A DNA stretch of 32,000 nt from Vibrio alginolyticus NBRC 15630 = ATCC 17749 (GTDB lineage Bacteria > Pseudomonadota > Gammaproteobacteria > Enterobacterales > Vibrionaceae): contig NC_022349.1 of NCBI RefSeq assembly GCF_000354175.2, positions 2,070,001 to 2,102,000 of the forward strand, read 5' to 3'. Position 1 is the stretch's first letter. Each line of letters opens with the position of its first letter. Shown here in pieces: positions 1 through 9,874 of the stretch. A model generated the notes under the pieces. The model searched no databases. It saw only the letters and a list, made by a program, of their open reading frames with translations, and was not told the origin of the DNA. Made by a program: the position numbers and the translations under genes.

Positions 1-42
1 GGTCTACTTATCGTGTATGGCGCAGTTTTGGTACTGTTTTAA
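1..42 (+). CDS. 3' end of an upstream CDS (partial, hydrophobic C-terminus), product unknown
   Basis: Frame 1 is open from the window edge to TAA at 40-42 (...GLLIVYGAVLVLF*). The fragment is too short to identify. Confidence 0.25.
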   Translation, partial: GLLIVYGAVLVLF

Positions 43-48
43 TCGAAG

Positions 49-80
49 AGCTCCATGAAAAAGCGTGTTGTCATGGAGCT
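49..80 (+). terminator. Stem-loop downstream of the partial CDS (10-bp perfect stem, no U-tract)
   Basis: AGCTCCATGA (49-58) pairs with TCATGGAGCT (71-80) around a 12-nt loop. No T-run follows, so the terminator role is uncertain. Confidence 0.3.
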
Positions 81-174
81 GCTCTCCAGCTACTGCCCTT
101 ACAGAGCGGCTTTTACATCCCATAAATTTCGTGCATATTAAGACTCCTCTACTCTACAAGGACGTCGACACATC

Positions 175-1062
175 ATGGGTTACGAATGGCTTGCTTTATG
201 CGCCGCTTTTCTGTGGGCAGTTTCTAGCCTAATTTCGGTCATTCCTGCACAACACCTAGGCGCATTTTCTTACAGCCGCTGGCGTATGGGCTGCACAGCC
301 GTAATCTTATCAACAATGGCCTGGATAACTGGCGGCTGGTTAACGGTTTCTTGGGAACACGTAACGCCAATGATGGCCTCAGGACTGATTGGTATTTTTA
401 TTGGCGATACCGCTCTATTCGCGTGTTTGAATCGTATGGGGCCAAGACAAGCCGGGTTACTCTTCTCTTGCCACGCCGTGTTCTCTGCCATCTTGGGCTA
501 CTTCTTATTTAGCGAAGTCATGACCACAATAGAACTACTGGGCGCATCATTGGTATTTAGCGGCGTGGTGATGGCGATATTCTTTGGCCGAAGAGGTCAA
601 GTGAATAACGTCTTGGAAGACATTAAAGGTAACATCTGGGTGGGTATTGGACTTGGCTTAACCGCAGCAATGTGCCAAGCATTGGGCGGCATCATCGCCA
701 AGCCAGTAATGCAAACCAGTATTGACCCAGTTGCGGCTTCTGCTATTCGAATGATCAGTGCCTTTTTCGCCCACAGCATGTTGTTAATTCTAGGAGTCAA
801 AGTCGCTCGCTCGACGCAACACATTACTTGGCGCATATTTGGTATTACTGCCCTTAATGGTTTCTTGGCGATGGCCGTCGGCATGACGCTAATCTTATAC
901 GCACTGCAAGAAGGAAATGTAGGTATGGTTGCACTTCTATCTTCAACCACGCCAATTATGTTGCTACCACTGCTCTGGATTTACACTAAACGCCGACCAA
1001 ACCGATTTGCATGGTTGGGCGCAGCCCTAGCTGTGATTGGTGCGGGCATTTTGGTTCAGTAA
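175..1062 (+). CDS. EamA/DMT-superfamily permease (10-TM type)
   Basis: The 295-aa ORF is very hydrophobic with two EamA-like halves. AGGA lies upstream of the ATG, and a strong terminator follows. Confidence 0.8.
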   Translation: MGYEWLALCAAFLWAVSSLISVIPAQHLGAFSYSRWRMGCTAVILSTMAWITGGWLTVSWEHVTPMMASGLIGIFIGDTALFACLNRMGPRQAGLLFSCHAVFSAILGYFLFSEVMTTIELLGASLVFSGVVMAIFFGRRGQVNNVLEDIKGNIWVGIGLGLTAAMCQALGGIIAKPVMQTSIDPVAASAIRMISAFFAHSMLLILGVKVARSTQHITWRIFGITALNGFLAMAVGMTLILYALQEGNVGMVALLSSTTPIMLLPLLWIYTKRRPNRFAWLGAALAVIGAGILVQ

Positions 1063-1092
1063 CCTTACAGACCAGCCCTTATTGCCAGATAC

Positions 1093-1123
1093 AAAAAAGC
1101 CCGAGTTTAAACTCGGGCTTTTG
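1093..1123. terminator. Bidirectional rho-independent terminator shared by the convergent EamA gene and gpmI
   Basis: AAAAGCCCGAGTTT/AAACTCGGGCTTTT is a perfect palindrome flanked by an A-run and a T-run, and sits between the two convergent stops. Confidence 0.85.
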
Positions 1124-1148
1124 TCATTCGGAGCCGTTAGTTAATTAT

Positions 1149-2681
1149 TTATTTAACTAATACTTCACCCGTCATTTCTGCTGGGATTTCTAGACCAGCT
1201 AGAGAAAGCATGGTTGGTGCAAGGTCAGACAGTTTACCGCCTTCTTTGAATTCAACCGCTTTGTCACCTACATAGATTAGAGGTACTGGTAGGTTAGTGT
1301 GAGCAGTGTGGATGCCGCCAGTTTCAGGGTCGATCATCATTTCTGCGTTACCGTGGTCCGCAGTGATCAATAGTTGACCGCCAACTTCTTTGATTGCTTC
1401 AACCACTTTACCCACGCTTTCATCTAGAGCTTCGATTGCTTTCTCAGCCGCTTCATAAACGCCAGTGTGACCAACCATATCTGCATTCGGGTAGTTACAG
1501 ATGATGGTATCGAACTTACCAGACTTGATAGCCGCAACCATCTTCTCTGTTAGTTCTGGAGAGCTCATTTCAGGCTGCATGTCGTACGTTGCAACTTTTG
1601 GAGAAGCAACCAACTGACGCTCTTCGCCTTCGAATTCGTTCTCAACACCACCGTTGAAGAAGAAAGTCACGTGTGCGTATTTCTCTGTTTCAGAGATACG
1701 TAGCTGAGTTTGACCTTGTTTAGATAGCCACTCACCGTAAGTGTTTTCTAGAGACGCAGGTGGGAATGCGATAGCTAGAGGGATATCAGCCGCGTATTGA
1801 GTCAGCATCACAAAGTTGATTGCTGGGAATACTGCACGCTCAAAGCCGTCAAATGCAGGAACGAATGCACGAGTGATTTGACGTGCACGGTCAGCACGGT
1901 AGTTCATGAAGATAACCGCATCACCATCTTGCATGATTGCGTCTTCTTGACCTTCTGCTTTGATAGCTGTTGCTTTAACGAATTCGTCGTTTTCTTCACG
2001 AGCGTAAGCCGCTTCTAGACCTGCAACTGCCGTTTCTGCTGTGAACTCAGCTTTAGCTTGAGTTAGAAGATCGTAAGCAACTTGGACGCGATCCCAGTTG
2101 TTGTCACGGTCCATTGCGTAGTAACGACCTACTAGAGAAGCAACGCGGCCTTTACCTAGTTTCGCAAATAGGTCTTGGAAACGTTGTAGTGAGTTTTCAG
2201 CACTACGTGGTGGTGTGTCACGGCCGTCTAGGAAGCAGTGTAGGTAGATTTTCTCTGCGCCACGCGCCGCTGCCATTTCAACTGCAGCGTAAATGTGGTC
2301 TTCGTGAGAGTGAACACCGCCTGGAGACACCAGGCCCATGATGTGTACTGCTTTTTCAGCTTTCACAGCAGAGTCGATTGCTTCAACTAGCGCAGGCGTT
2401 TGTTCGAACTCACCATCCGCAATTGATTTAGTGATACGAGTCAGGTCTTGGTATACAACGCGGCCTGCACCAATGTTAGTGTGACCAACTTCAGAGTTAC
2501 CCATTTGACCATCAGGAAGGCCAACATCCATGCCTGAAGCAGAGATTAATGTGTGTGGGTTATTCGCAATCAGAGCATCCATTACTGGTGTTTTCGCATT
2601 CGCAATTGCGTTACTTGCTGTGTCTTCACGGTAACCGTAACCGTCAAGGATAACTAGAGCCAGTGGCTTCTTAGCTGACAT
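1149..2681 (-). CDS. gpmI: 2,3-bisphosphoglycerate-independent phosphoglycerate mutase
   Basis: The 510-aa product is full-length like iPGM. It has the catalytic-Ser motif [15 protein letters not shown] and the N-terminus [18 protein letters not shown]. Confidence 0.95.
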   Translation of the reverse strand: MSAKKPLALVILDGYGYREDTASNAIANAKTPVMDALIANNPHTLISASGMDVGLPDGQMGNSEVGHTNIGAGRVVYQDLTRITKSIADGEFEQTPALVEAIDSAVKAEKAVHIMGLVSPGGVHSHEDHIYAAVEMAAARGAEKIYLHCFLDGRDTPPRSAENSLQRFQDLFAKLGKGRVASLVGRYYAMDRDNNWDRVQVAYDLLTQAKAEFTAETAVAGLEAAYAREENDEFVKATAIKAEGQEDAIMQDGDAVIFMNYRADRARQITRAFVPAFDGFERAVFPAINFVMLTQYAADIPLAIAFPPASLENTYGEWLSKQGQTQLRISETEKYAHVTFFFNGGVENEFEGEERQLVASPKVATYDMQPEMSSPELTEKMVAAIKSGKFDTIICNYPNADMVGHTGVYEAAEKAIEALDESVGKVVEAIKEVGGQLLITADHGNAEMMIDPETGGIHTAHTNLPVPLIYVGDKAVEFKEGGKLSDLAPTMLSLAGLEIPAEMTGEVLVK

Positions 2682-3228
2682 AGTGATGACCTCATCAAAT
2701 TTAAGTAACTTTTGGCGTAGGGCCTCGCTGCCCTATCTAACCTTGAAACAAAACTAGCGTAATTTTACTACACTTTTTAACCAAAACTGTAGGTTAAGAT
2801 CAAATAATGTTTGCGATTTATTGTTGCTATCTTACAAGTTAAGCGAACAACGAGTCAGTGCCGACAAACGTGTTCCACAAGCATAGTCATTTCTAATACG
2901 CTTTGTACACCCCAGTCTAAGTTCGGTTTTCTTACGCTTCTCATTCTTATTTTTGCACTTGAAACAGTGCTAATTTAAAGCAACATCAAACAAGATGGGT
3001 TAATACTTATTGTTCTCTTTTCTCAGTAAAACAGAAGTCACTTAAACCGATAAGTCCAATAGGCCAAAGCAATCAAGCTACCAGAGCGAAATGTACGGAT
3101 AGTAAGGGCATAACGGGTTTATAGAGATCTCAATTATTCGTTAGAAAATTTTAACCCTCTCGCCTAAGAGCCGTAACCTCGCTATACTCCTGCTTTATTT
3201 TTCCGCCAACAGCGTAAGAGCTCAAGAC

Positions 3229-3663
3229 ATGCAAGAGTACATTGAATTTTTCCAACAGAACATGATTCTATCTTTGGTTTGGGTAGGTCTTCTTGTCGCC
3301 TTTATCATGAACATCGTGAAGTCAGCGACAGCCGCATACAAAGAAATCAACGTAAACCAACTGACTCATCTTATGAACCGTGAAAACGGCGTTGTAGTGG
3401 ATATCCGTACCAAGGACGAGTTCAAAAAAGGTCATATCACCGACTCACTTCACATTTTACCGTCAGACATCAAAGCGGGTAACTTGAGTAGCCTTGAAAA
3501 CCACAAATCAGACCCAATCATTGTGGTATGCAAGACAGGACAGACCGCTCAAGAAAGCGCAAACCTATTAGTAAAAGCTGGCTTCGAAAAAGTGAGCCTA
3601 CTAAAAAATGGTTTGATTGCGTGGAACGAAGCGAACCTGCCGTTAGTTCGCGGTAAAAAGTAG
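3229..3663 (+). CDS. Membrane-anchored single-domain rhodanese (YibN-like sulfurtransferase)
   Basis: The 144-aa product has an N-terminal TM helix and a rhodanese active-site loop (VVCKTGQTA). It sits next to secB/gpsA/cysE, as yibN does in E. coli. Confidence 0.8.
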   Translation: MQEYIEFFQQNMILSLVWVGLLVAFIMNIVKSATAAYKEINVNQLTHLMNRENGVVVDIRTKDEFKKGHITDSLHILPSDIKAGNLSSLENHKSDPIIVVCKTGQTAQESANLLVKAGFEKVSLLKNGLIAWNEANLPLVRGKK

Positions 3664-3888
3664 GAACGTGGCAAGAACGAAAGTTCGCGTTTAAACGCGC
3701 TTTTACCAAGCCTCGCGGACAAAAAACTGAGCAAATTGAAAGCAGTTGGAGCACTAAGTTGTGACGCTTTGCACGTAATACACGCTTCATCTAGTCAAGG
3801 TAGATTGGCTCAGTTAGTCTCAGGACATACCAGTTTTCTGAGCTTAGACGTTTCTAGGCTCAACAAATATTGATTTAAGGATTAAAAA

Positions 3889-4353
3889 ATGGCTGAAGCA
3901 GCACCTCAAGACGCACAACAAAACTTCGCAATTCAACGCATCTTCCTAAAAGACGTTTCTTTTGAAGCGCCGAACTCTCCAGTAATTTTCCAGAAAGAGT
4001 GGAACCCAGACGTTAAACTAGACCTAGACACTCAAAGCCGTGAGCTTGGTGAAGGCGTGTACGAAGTTGTTCTACGTCTAACCGTTACTGTGAAGAACGA
4101 AGAAGAGACTGCGTTCCTATGTGAAGTTCAACAAGGTGGTATCTTCACTGCTGAACAAATGGAAGCTGGTCAACTTGCACATTGCCTAGGCGCATTCTGC
4201 CCGAACATCCTATTCCCATACGCTCGTGAAACTATCTCAAGTCTAGTCGTTAAAGGTACGTTCCCTCAACTGAACCTAGCGCCAGTAAACTTTGACGCGC
4301 TATTCATGAACTACCTACAACAGCAAGCTCAACAAGGCGAAGCTGAAGCGTAA
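3889..4353 (+). CDS. secB: Protein-export chaperone SecB
   Basis: The 154-aa product is near-collinear with E. coli SecB ([17 protein letters not shown]..., [28 protein letters not shown]). AAGGA RBS. Confidence 0.95.
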   Translation: MAEAAPQDAQQNFAIQRIFLKDVSFEAPNSPVIFQKEWNPDVKLDLDTQSRELGEGVYEVVLRLTVTVKNEEETAFLCEVQQGGIFTAEQMEAGQLAHCLGAFCPNILFPYARETISSLVVKGTFPQLNLAPVNFDALFMNYLQQQAQQGEAEA

Positions 4354-4410
4354 TTCACGTTTTATAAGTGACGAATAGCCACAGTGCTGACGTCACCGAA
4401 TCAAATAAAA

Positions 4411-4450
4411 TGCACAGAGCGTCTACCATCCGATGCAATGTGCATTTTTT
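4411..4450 (+). terminator. Probable secB terminator (stem TGCACA/TGTGCA, large loop, T6 tract)
   Basis: AAAATGCACA ... TGTGCATTTTTT lies 58 nt after the secB stop. The 22-nt loop is larger than typical. Confidence 0.5.
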
Positions 4451-4467
4451 ATTTCTGACAAAAGTTC

Positions 4468-4515
4468 CTAGTTCCTAATCGCCAGAAGGCGTAAAATTTG
4501 ACGATTAGGAACTAG
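4468..4515. repeat. 14-bp perfect inverted repeat with 20-nt spacer upstream of gpsA
   Basis: CTAGTTCCTAATCG (4468-4481) and CGATTAGGAACTAG (4502-4515). The left arm overlaps a tandem GTTCCTA GTTCCTA (4464-4477). Confidence 0.8.
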
Positions 4516-4548
4516 ATTCTACTAGTAGCAAGACAATTAGGCGGTAGC

Positions 4549-5586
4549 ATGACACAAGCAAATACAAACAATGCTTACGGTAAAGACATCGCAATGACTG
4601 TGATTGGCGCAGGCTCATACGGCACCTCTTTGGCAATCTCACTCGCTCGTAACGGCGCGAACGTTGTCCTTTGGGGACACGAGCCAGAGCACATGGCTCG
4701 CCTAGAAGCAGACCGAGCTAACCATGCCTTCTTACCAGGTGTTGATTTCCCTGAAAGCTTGATCATTGAATCGGATTTAGAAAAAGCCGTTCAAGCAAGC
4801 CGAGATTTGTTGGTTGTGGTTCCAAGCCATGTCTTTGGCATCGTGCTAAACAGCTGTAAACCATTCTTGCGCGAAGACTCTCGCATCTGTTGGGCAACCA
4901 AAGGGCTTGAACCTGAAACGGGGCGCCTACTGAAAGACGTTGCTTATGACATTATCGGTGAAAACTACTCACTAGCAGTATTGTCTGGCCCAACGTTTGC
5001 GAAAGAGCTCGCAATGGGTATGCCGACTGCAATCTCTGTTGCGTCTCCAGATTCTGAATTTGTTGCGGATCTACAAGAAAAAATCCACTGTAGCAAAACC
5101 TTCCGCGTATACGCCAATAGTGACTTTATTGGTATGCAATTGGGCGGCGCTGTGAAAAACGTTATTGCGATTGGTGCGGGTATGTCTGATGGTATCGGTT
5201 TTGGCGCCAATGCTCGTACCGCATTAATTACTCGTGGCTTGGCTGAAATGAGTCGCCTTGGTGCTGCGCTGGGTGCACAGCCAGAAACCTTTATGGGCAT
5301 GGCGGGTTTAGGCGATCTTGTCCTGACATGTACCGATAACCAATCACGTAACCGACGCTTTGGCTTGGCATTAGGCCAAGGTAAAGACGTTGATACGGCT
5401 CAAGAAGAAATTGGTCAAGTGGTTGAAGGTTACCGCAATACAAAAGAAGTATGGCTACTTTCTCAACGTATGGGTGTTGAGATGCCGATAGTTGATCAAA
5501 TTTATCAAGTATTGTATCAAGGAAAAGATGCGCGCTTAGCAGCGCAAGATTTACTTGCTCGTGACAAAAAAGCCGAAGGAAAGTAG
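4549..5586 (+). CDS. gpsA: NAD(P)H-dependent glycerol-3-phosphate dehydrogenase
   Basis: The 345-aa product has the [14 protein letters not shown] Rossmann motif and is collinear with E. coli GpsA. Confidence 0.95.
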   Translation: MTQANTNNAYGKDIAMTVIGAGSYGTSLAISLARNGANVVLWGHEPEHMARLEADRANHAFLPGVDFPESLIIESDLEKAVQASRDLLVVVPSHVFGIVLNSCKPFLREDSRICWATKGLEPETGRLLKDVAYDIIGENYSLAVLSGPTFAKELAMGMPTAISVASPDSEFVADLQEKIHCSKTFRVYANSDFIGMQLGGAVKNVIAIGAGMSDGIGFGANARTALITRGLAEMSRLGAALGAQPETFMGMAGLGDLVLTCTDNQSRNRRFGLALGQGKDVDTAQEEIGQVVEGYRNTKEVWLLSQRMGVEMPIVDQIYQVLYQGKDARLAAQDLLARDKKAEGK

Positions 5587-5664
5587 CAATCTACCGCCCT
5601 TTGCAGCTCATCTGAGAAAAATTGAAGTTGTCGGGTCACGGAAGAACCACTCTGGATATTGAGA

Positions 5665-6486
5665 ATGAAACACTGCGAAAAACAAAAAGTCTGGAACAAA
5701 ATTGTCTCAGAAGCCCGTGAAATGTCAGAACAAGAGCCTATGCTGGCAAGCTTCTATCATGCCACCATTATCAAGCATGAAAGTTTGTGTGCCGCTCTGA
5801 GTTATATTCTGGCTAACAAATTGAACACCGCTTCCATGCCAGCGATGGCTGTGCGTGAAGTGGTTGAAGAAGCCTTTGCGGCTGATCCAACCATCACTGA
5901 CGGCGCGGCTTGTGATATTTGTGCCACGGTCAATCGCGACCCTGCTGTTTCAATGTACTCAATGCCATTGCTGTACCTAAAAGGCTATCACGCACTGCAA
6001 GGCTACCGAGTAGCAAACTGGCTGTGGAAGCAAGGTCGTCACGCTCTTGCGACTTACCTACAAAATCAGATTTCGGTAGCATGTCAGGTCGATATCCACC
6101 CTGCAGCGCGCATTGGTAGTGGTATCATGCTCGACCATGCAACAGGCATCGTGATTGGTGAAACTGCCGTGGTCGAAAACGACGTGTCTATACTGCAAGA
6201 TGTCACCCTTGGTGGTACTGGTAAAGAATGCGGTGATCGTCACCCGAAAATTCGCGAGGGTGTGATGATCGGAGCTGGTGCAAAGATTCTTGGCAATATC
6301 GAAGTCGGTGAAGGCGCGAAAATCGGATCTTGCTCTGTGGTATTGCAAGCCGTGCCTCCTCACACAACGGTGGCTGGCGTGCCTGCAAAAATCGTCGGAC
6401 GTCCAAAAACGGACAAACCCTCTCTCGATATGGATCAAGGCTTTAACGGCAAGTCGCAAAGCTTTATCCATGGAGATGGTATTTAA
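5665..6486 (+). CDS. cysE: Serine O-acetyltransferase
   Basis: From ATG 5665 the product is 273 aa and collinear with E. coli CysE (EPMLASFYHAT..., DIHPAA, hexapeptide repeats, C-terminal GDGI). The ORF-track start at 5659 is a TTG two codons upstream. Confidence 0.95.
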   Translation: MKHCEKQKVWNKIVSEAREMSEQEPMLASFYHATIIKHESLCAALSYILANKLNTASMPAMAVREVVEEAFAADPTITDGAACDICATVNRDPAVSMYSMPLLYLKGYHALQGYRVANWLWKQGRHALATYLQNQISVACQVDIHPAARIGSGIMLDHATGIVIGETAVVENDVSILQDVTLGGTGKECGDRHPKIREGVMIGAGAKILGNIEVGEGAKIGSCSVVLQAVPPHTTVAGVPAKIVGRPKTDKPSLDMDQGFNGKSQSFIHGDGI

Positions 6487-6513
6487 TCGTCAACAAACCT
6501 TTTTGACAACAAC

Positions 6514-7659
6514 GTGGTAGGTAACTCTCAAGTGCGAAAACAAAATCACCCTGTTCTACGCTCGGCTATTTTATTAACTTGTGCTTTATCTGCCACTTAT
6601 CCCATTACCTCCTCTGCTGTGAGTCAGCAAGAGCTCAAAGGCGTATCCAGTGAGATAAGCCGTCAGCGCAAATCGCTCTCTTCCCAAGAAAAGCAGCTCA
6701 ATGAGTTACAGAAATCACTAAAAGATCAAGAGCTTGGTATTTCTAAGCTTGAGCGTGAAATACGACAAACCAAGTCTAACCTCGCACAAGCAGACAAAAA
6801 CATAGAAAACCTGGAAGAGAAAATTGCCTTGCAAGAAGCACAGCGTCAAGAGCAAGAAGAAGAACTCAAACAGCTGCTGCAAACGTATTACGTAACCGAG
6901 CGAGCGAAGGCCAATGGTCACTTGTTAAATCAAGGTGTGGAAGAAGACCGCATGAGCCAATACTTCCAGCATTTAGCTAAAGCACGTGCTGAAGTGATTG
7001 ATGCGATCACCAAAATAACCCAAGAATTAGCGCACAACAAAAACCAGCTCGAGCTAGAAAAAGAGCAAATCGAGACTCTGCTCAAGCAGCAATCCGAAAA
7101 ACGTACAGCGCTAGCGAGTACACAATCCAAGCGTAAGCAAACCCTGAATAAAATTCAGAGCAGTATCAAGAATGACAAACGCTACTTAGCCGAGCTGCAA
7201 CGCAACGAAACCCGTTTAAAAGCAGAGATCGCCAAAGCAGCGAAGCGTAATGCGGTGCCAATGGACGGACTCGGCAAACAGCGCGGTAAGTTGCCTTGGC
7301 CACTCAAAGGCAGTGTGTTACACAACTTTGGTACGCGACAAACTGGGCAGGTAAACTGGAAGGGTATGGTGTTGTCTGCCAACTATGGTCAACAAGTGAA
7401 AGCCGTTTATCCTGGTACTGTCGTATTTGCTGAGTATCTGCGCGGATACGGTTTAGTGGTACTGCTCGACCACGGCAAAGGTGACATGACCCTCTATGGT
7501 TACAACCAAGCCTTAACTAAAAAAGAAGGCGACCGAGTCACCGCCGGCGAAGTGATTGCTCTCGCGGGTGATACAGGTGGTCAAGACAGACCATCGCTGT
7601 ACTTTGAAATTCGTCGTAATAGTGAAGCGCAGAATCCGAAATCTTGGTTAAAACGCTGA
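6514..7659 (+). CDS. envC: Murein hydrolase activator EnvC-like (coiled coil plus degenerate LytM/M23 domain)
   Basis: The product has a signal-like N-terminus, a long Q/E/K-rich coiled coil and a C-terminal LytM domain. The metal-ligand positions look degenerate (LYFEIR rather than LHFEIR), as in EnvC. The start is uncertain: GTG 6514 or GTG 6532. Confidence 0.8.
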   Translation: MVGNSQVRKQNHPVLRSAILLTCALSATYPITSSAVSQQELKGVSSEISRQRKSLSSQEKQLNELQKSLKDQELGISKLEREIRQTKSNLAQADKNIENLEEKIALQEAQRQEQEEELKQLLQTYYVTERAKANGHLLNQGVEEDRMSQYFQHLAKARAEVIDAITKITQELAHNKNQLELEKEQIETLLKQQSEKRTALASTQSKRKQTLNKIQSSIKNDKRYLAELQRNETRLKAEIAKAAKRNAVPMDGLGKQRGKLPWPLKGSVLHNFGTRQTGQVNWKGMVLSANYGQQVKAVYPGTVVFAEYLRGYGLVVLLDHGKGDMTLYGYNQALTKKEGDRVTAGEVIALAGDTGGQDRPSLYFEIRRNSEAQNPKSWLKR

Positions 7660-7682
7660 TTATCTGACTCATAGACTTATAA

Positions 7683-7710
7683 TAAAAAAGGAGCCACTCG
7701 GCTCCTTTTT
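7683..7710. terminator. Bidirectional terminator between envC and the convergent DHH gene
   Basis: AAAAAAGGAGCC-ACTC-GGCTCCTTTTTT. Confidence 0.85.
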
Positions 7711-7732
7711 TGTATTCATATTTTGGAAAATG

Positions 7733-8689
7733 CTATGCGTAGTAGGTTTCTACCGCATCAATAAAAGCATTCACATCATCTTTGCTTAACGCGTTGATTC
7801 CTGCCGCCGCCTCTCGCCCCCCACCTGTCGGGAACTGACCACACACGGCAACGGCACCTTGTTTATTGTTTAATGGGGCGCGGAGTGAAACCGTATAAGT
7901 ACCATCTGCATTTTCAGTAAGTACCGCATGCGCAGAGTCAGGGGTTTGGTTTGCTAGCCAGTTGCCATAAACACCACTGATTCGGCGTGATGCCGCCGTG
8001 TTTGGTAACTCAAACAACTTCAGCTTACCACTCTCATGCATGGCAGGCACTGCGAGAGCCGCCTCCATGTCTTGTTGGTAAGCCGATTGCAATTGGTAGT
8101 ATGGCGAGGCCGTATCTTCAATAGCTTCAAATGGTGACGTGTACTTCAGCAAAGCTCGGTACAGCTCCGCAGGGTGAAAGTGTAAATCTTCGACCTTCGA
8201 TCCGTAGCCGTTGTAGTTAATTAAAGTACCCAGCTCTTTTAGCTGCTCTTTCTGTTGCTGCAACAAGCCCGCGTTATTCGCTAACTCATCGGCTTTAGCA
8301 ATCATGTTATCGCCATAAGCCGCCGTAATCGCCCAGTCATGAAAACGCCCATCAAGCAACTTATCGACAATCAACGCCGTGCACATGTTGGCATCGAGAT
8401 CGATGTGCGCATCCAAATTACCATGCTGAGGAATGTCGCCCGCTTTGTGATGATCGGCGTAAAAGACGTGCGCGCCTTGAGCCAAAGCTTGCTCTAGACC
8501 TGCCATGTTCTTTTCCATCGAAATGTCTAACACAGTCAGCTCATCACCCGCTTGCACGTCTACTTTTTCCACCAGCTTGATGTCGCGCTTTACACCGGTT
8601 ATTAACTGGGCATCGACAGGATCAGCCAAACGCAATTGTAGAAGAGCAATGATGCCATCAGCATCACCATTAAAAATGTCGTAATTCAT
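7733..8689 (-). CDS. DHH/DHHA1-family phosphoesterase-like protein, function unknown
   Basis: The 318-aa product carries DHH motifs (FNGDADG, VLDIS, YADHH) and a C-terminal DHHA1-like GGGREAAAG. AAGGAA RBS. Confidence 0.7.
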   Translation of the reverse strand: MNYDIFNGDADGIIALLQLRLADPVDAQLITGVKRDIKLVEKVDVQAGDELTVLDISMEKNMAGLEQALAQGAHVFYADHHKAGDIPQHGNLDAHIDLDANMCTALIVDKLLDGRFHDWAITAAYGDNMIAKADELANNAGLLQQQKEQLKELGTLINYNGYGSKVEDLHFHPAELYRALLKYTSPFEAIEDTASPYYQLQSAYQQDMEAALAVPAMHESGKLKLFELPNTAASRRISGVYGNWLANQTPDSAHAVLTENADGTYTVSLRAPLNNKQGAVAVCGQFPTGGGREAAAGINALSKDDVNAFIDAVETYYA

Positions 8690-8765
8690 GGGGCGATAGT
8701 TCCTTTATCGAGAATCTTATCCCTGCAAGGGTTTTTAGCGTATGGGACTATTGTGCGTGGCATAT

Positions 8766-8777
8766 TTGACAAGTCAA
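8766..8777. promoter_or_regulatory. Palindrome TTGACAAGTCAA, a candidate operator overlapping a -35-like hexamer upstream of the DHH gene
   Basis: TTGAC/GTCAA arms lie 77 nt upstream of the DHH gene start and directly downstream of tetR. On the minus strand the sequence reads TTGACTTGTCAA. Confidence 0.3.
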
Positions 8778-8833
8778 CTCGAGCCACGACTCGAAAATGA
8801 GAGTGACTCTCGAAATATTAAGCAGTTTGACGT

Positions 8834-9469
8834 TTAACTGTGTAGATTGCTAACCGCATCTTCTAATAACAGTAGCTGCTCTAAGCCCTGCTCAGTTGCT
8901 AATGGCTTAACGACATTAAGCATCTGCAACATCCCTTGCTTCACCATTTGCTCGGTAATGTTGGTTTTTGAAGCCATCGCGGATTGATACGCCAACCAAC
9001 TACACGCAATCAAGTGCAATGTACATACCAATGACTTCAACTGTTGTTGATCGACATTCAACAGCTTCATCGTTACGAACTCTTGCATAATAGCAATGAG
9101 GTTCGCTTGCAGCTTCTCTTGCACATCGATGTACTGTTCGTGTAGCTGTTCATCTCGTGACAAGATTTCTGGTAAGTTTGCGTAGAAAAAGCGGTATTTC
9201 CACATCAAGGTAAAAATAGAGTCTAGGTAGCTCTTCAGCATAGTCAGGCTCTCTTGCGAACCTTGAATAGGGGTAAATCTTTCTAAAAGTTCTGCTGAAT
9301 AAAGCGCAAAGATCTCACGAACGATTTCTTGCTTATTGCGGAAGTGGTAATACAGATTACCAGGGCTAATTTCGATGTGATCGGCAATGTGATTGGTGGT
9401 GATGTTGCGCTCACCATGTTGGTTGAACAACTCCAGTGCCGCGTAGACGATTTTGTCGCGCGTTTTCAT
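8834..9469 (-). CDS. TetR/AcrR-family transcriptional regulator
   Basis: The 211-aa product has an N-terminal TetR HTH (AALELFNQHGERNITTNHIADHIEISPGNLYYHFRNKQEI). GAGGGAA RBS. Confidence 0.9.
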   Translation of the reverse strand: MKTRDKIVYAALELFNQHGERNITTNHIADHIEISPGNLYYHFRNKQEIVREIFALYSAELLERFTPIQGSQESLTMLKSYLDSIFTLMWKYRFFYANLPEILSRDEQLHEQYIDVQEKLQANLIAIMQEFVTMKLLNVDQQQLKSLVCTLHLIACSWLAYQSAMASKTNITEQMVKQGMLQMLNVVKPLATEQGLEQLLLLEDAVSNLHS

Positions 9470-9490
9470 TGTTATCGTGTTCCCTCTTCA

Positions 9491-9865
9491 TTAACGAATC
9501 GAGTATAGCGACTTCACCAACCTAGGTCGATAGAGGCTCCAAATACGGTAACATAACAGACCAGTTAAGATGCCAGTTAAGTTGGCGACAAGGTCTAACC
9601 AAGAAGTTTGTCGCCCTACATACCCTTGCAACCACTCAATAACGGCGCTGAATAGCAAAATACTAATCGCCACCGCCCAACGTTGACGCCAACGCCACAC
9701 GCAAAAGCAACCTAAAAACGCAAAGCCGCTGTACGCCATAGCGTGCTGCATTTTGTCGAGATACACGATATTGCCCCAGTCTTGCAGTTCACCTGAACTC
9801 AGAGATAAAAAAGCGATCAATATGGCGTAGCTAAAGATGGCGAAACGTGCAGCCGTCAGGTTCAT
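9491..9865 (-). CDS. VanZ-like small membrane protein
   Basis: The 124-aa product has 4 predicted TM segments and VanZ-type motifs DKMQHAMAY and EWLQ...R...D..N..G. Its RBS AAGGA overlaps the epmA stop codon. Confidence 0.7.
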   Translation of the reverse strand: MNLTAARFAIFSYAILIAFLSLSSGELQDWGNIVYLDKMQHAMAYSGFAFLGCFCVWRWRQRWAVAISILLFSAVIEWLQGYVGRQTSWLDLVANLTGILTGLLCYRIWSLYRPRLVKSLYSIR

Positions 9866-9874
9866 TGGACGTCC

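Noticed and set aside
270-950. Minus-strand ORFs (73 aa and 117 aa) inside the EamA transporter gene
   Set aside because: These are shadow ORFs with no RBS and no recognisable motifs. The plus-strand membrane protein explains the region.
3518-3790. 90-aa and 61-aa minus-strand ORFs overlapping the rhodanese gene 3' end
   Set aside because: They overlap a well-supported CDS, have Arg/Leu/Ser-rich shadow-ORF composition and lack an RBS.
3664-3888. 226-bp gap where enterobacteria carry grxC between yibN and secB; it contains the palindrome CGCGTTTAAACGCG
   Set aside because: No glutaredoxin-like ORF (no CPYC motif) appears in any frame, and there is no pseudogene trace I can recognise. The palindrome plus CTTTT is adequately explained as a weak terminator of the rhodanese gene. 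The grxC absence is a synteny difference, not evidence of anything hidden.
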